Assembly: GCA_965112735.1 (NCBI GenBank)
Contig: OZ218957.1
Coordinates: 992,001-1,056,000 of the forward strand
Source of the DNA: Phaeosaccion multiseriatum
Lineage: Eukaryota; Protista; Ochrophyta, other classes
DNA: 64,000 bases
Reading direction: 5' to 3'
Below, piece after piece: positions 62,980-64,000 of the stretch. The notes under the pieces are model-generated. The model was given only the letters and a program-made list of their open reading frames with translations. It was not told the origin of the DNA and made no database searches. The position numbers and the translations under genes were made by a program. Position 1 is the first letter of the stretch. Every line of letters begins with the position of its first letter.

Positions 62980-64000
62980 ATGGAGGGACGAGGAGACCAT
63001 TTCGCGGAAGAGGTGGACGCCATCGTCACAAAGCACACTGTCAAAAACGAGTCGGCGTTTAGCCGCAAGGTGATGAACTAAAAAGAGCAGGGAAGGGGTA
63101 GTCGCGAACAAGCCTCTCACTTTCCTTCCTTCCCTCCCTCTCTTACTGAAAGGCTGAGATTCTGCATGCTCGGGGGGATCCCAATGGAAACAAAACCTAT
63201 GGACGCTCGTGGTCGACTACTCTCCAGACCCGGCAAGCCGAGGCTTCTGCACGGAGAGAGAGAGAGCGGTACAACCTGAGTCCTGGGGGGGGGGGGCGCA
63301 TCGGCTTGGACTCGGTGGTGATTAACAACTGGGCCGCTAAAAAGTTTACCCCATTGGCACAGCAGCGTATGCCCCGGACATCCCACCTCGGCACTCCTGT
63401 GGATGAGCTCCGACTCCTCCCGCTCTGCAAGTGGAAGACGGGCGTTTGGAACAGAGGTGCGCTCTGCAACGTCTGCCTGCGCGCCACGGCGCCGGGGGGC
63501 GACCGTCTGGCCTGTCGGAGCTGCAATGTAGTGCTTCACAGGAGGTGCGCCTCGGGTGCAGGACCAACAGGTACAGTCGGTTGAACAGAGAAAGACAGGG
63601 TTCCTTTGTCTCCCCTCGTTTCACACACGCCTGCTACTACAGGTCCAGAGACTGTGTGGCTATGCGATGAATGCGAGACAGGATATACTACAGTGGAGGC
63701 CGAGAAGTTCAGGCGGGCCCAGGCCAGCGCGATGGAGCTAGAAAAGGAGGCAAGACCTAAGAAACACGCCACGAGCGAGTACATGGTGCCGCTGCTAATG
63801 CGGGTCTCTCTCTCTCTCTCTCTCTCTCTCCAATTCCAGGCCAATTACTCTATGATGGCGGACTTTCTAGCTTCAAGGAAGCTTGCCAAGCACCGCTTGG
63901 TCAAGAGGGCGGTTCTGTCGCTGCAAGCGTGGGCCCGGGGTCAGGCCGTCCGGCAGAGGCTCTTTCTAGAGGCGTTGTCTACCCTGCGGCCTTGGGCCTT
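62980..64000 (+). CDS. PHD-finger + IQ-motif protein (partial, runs off the window end)
   Basis: C4HC3 pattern CNVC...CRSCNVVLHRRC...|...WLCDEC; IQ motif LQAWARGQAVRQ; GT-AG exons. Confidence 0.7.

Overview
Gene-dense, intron-rich, GC-rich eukaryotic nuclear DNA. Two genes carry bipartite signal+transit presequences with a Phe after the predicted cleavage site, which points to an alga with a complex red plastid (ochrophyte/stramenopile-like; inference). About 22 protein genes are present. Recognisable ones: VPS50/syndetin (partial), a USP37-like deubiquitinase, ETFB, a secreted EF-hand protein, a YANK/STK32 kinase, nucleolin/NSR1, plastid glyoxalase I, FolC, a Rab11-like GTPase, Misato/DML1, BRAP2, EHD, SLC26/SulP, TVP38/TMEM64, an MSS116/RH31-type DEAD-box helicase and a PHD+IQ protein (partial). 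Most sit in compact head-to-head pairs. Introns are full of micro- and minisatellites, and at least five use GC-AG splice sites. Two highlights. (1) A non-autonomous DNA transposon family with perfect 20-bp TIRs (TCGACCCCTGACACGCTATC) and 6-bp TSDs; two intact copies in inverted orientation bracket the whole DEAD-box gene, next to older decayed ends. (2) An intronless, lower-GC, bacterial-looking tandem ABM-fold gene lies between MSTO1 and BRAP2; its upstream leader is a diverged duplicate of the MSTO1 leader, suggesting a foreign gene activated by promoter duplication. Exon joins were derived by eye and family calls come from motif recognition, not database searches.
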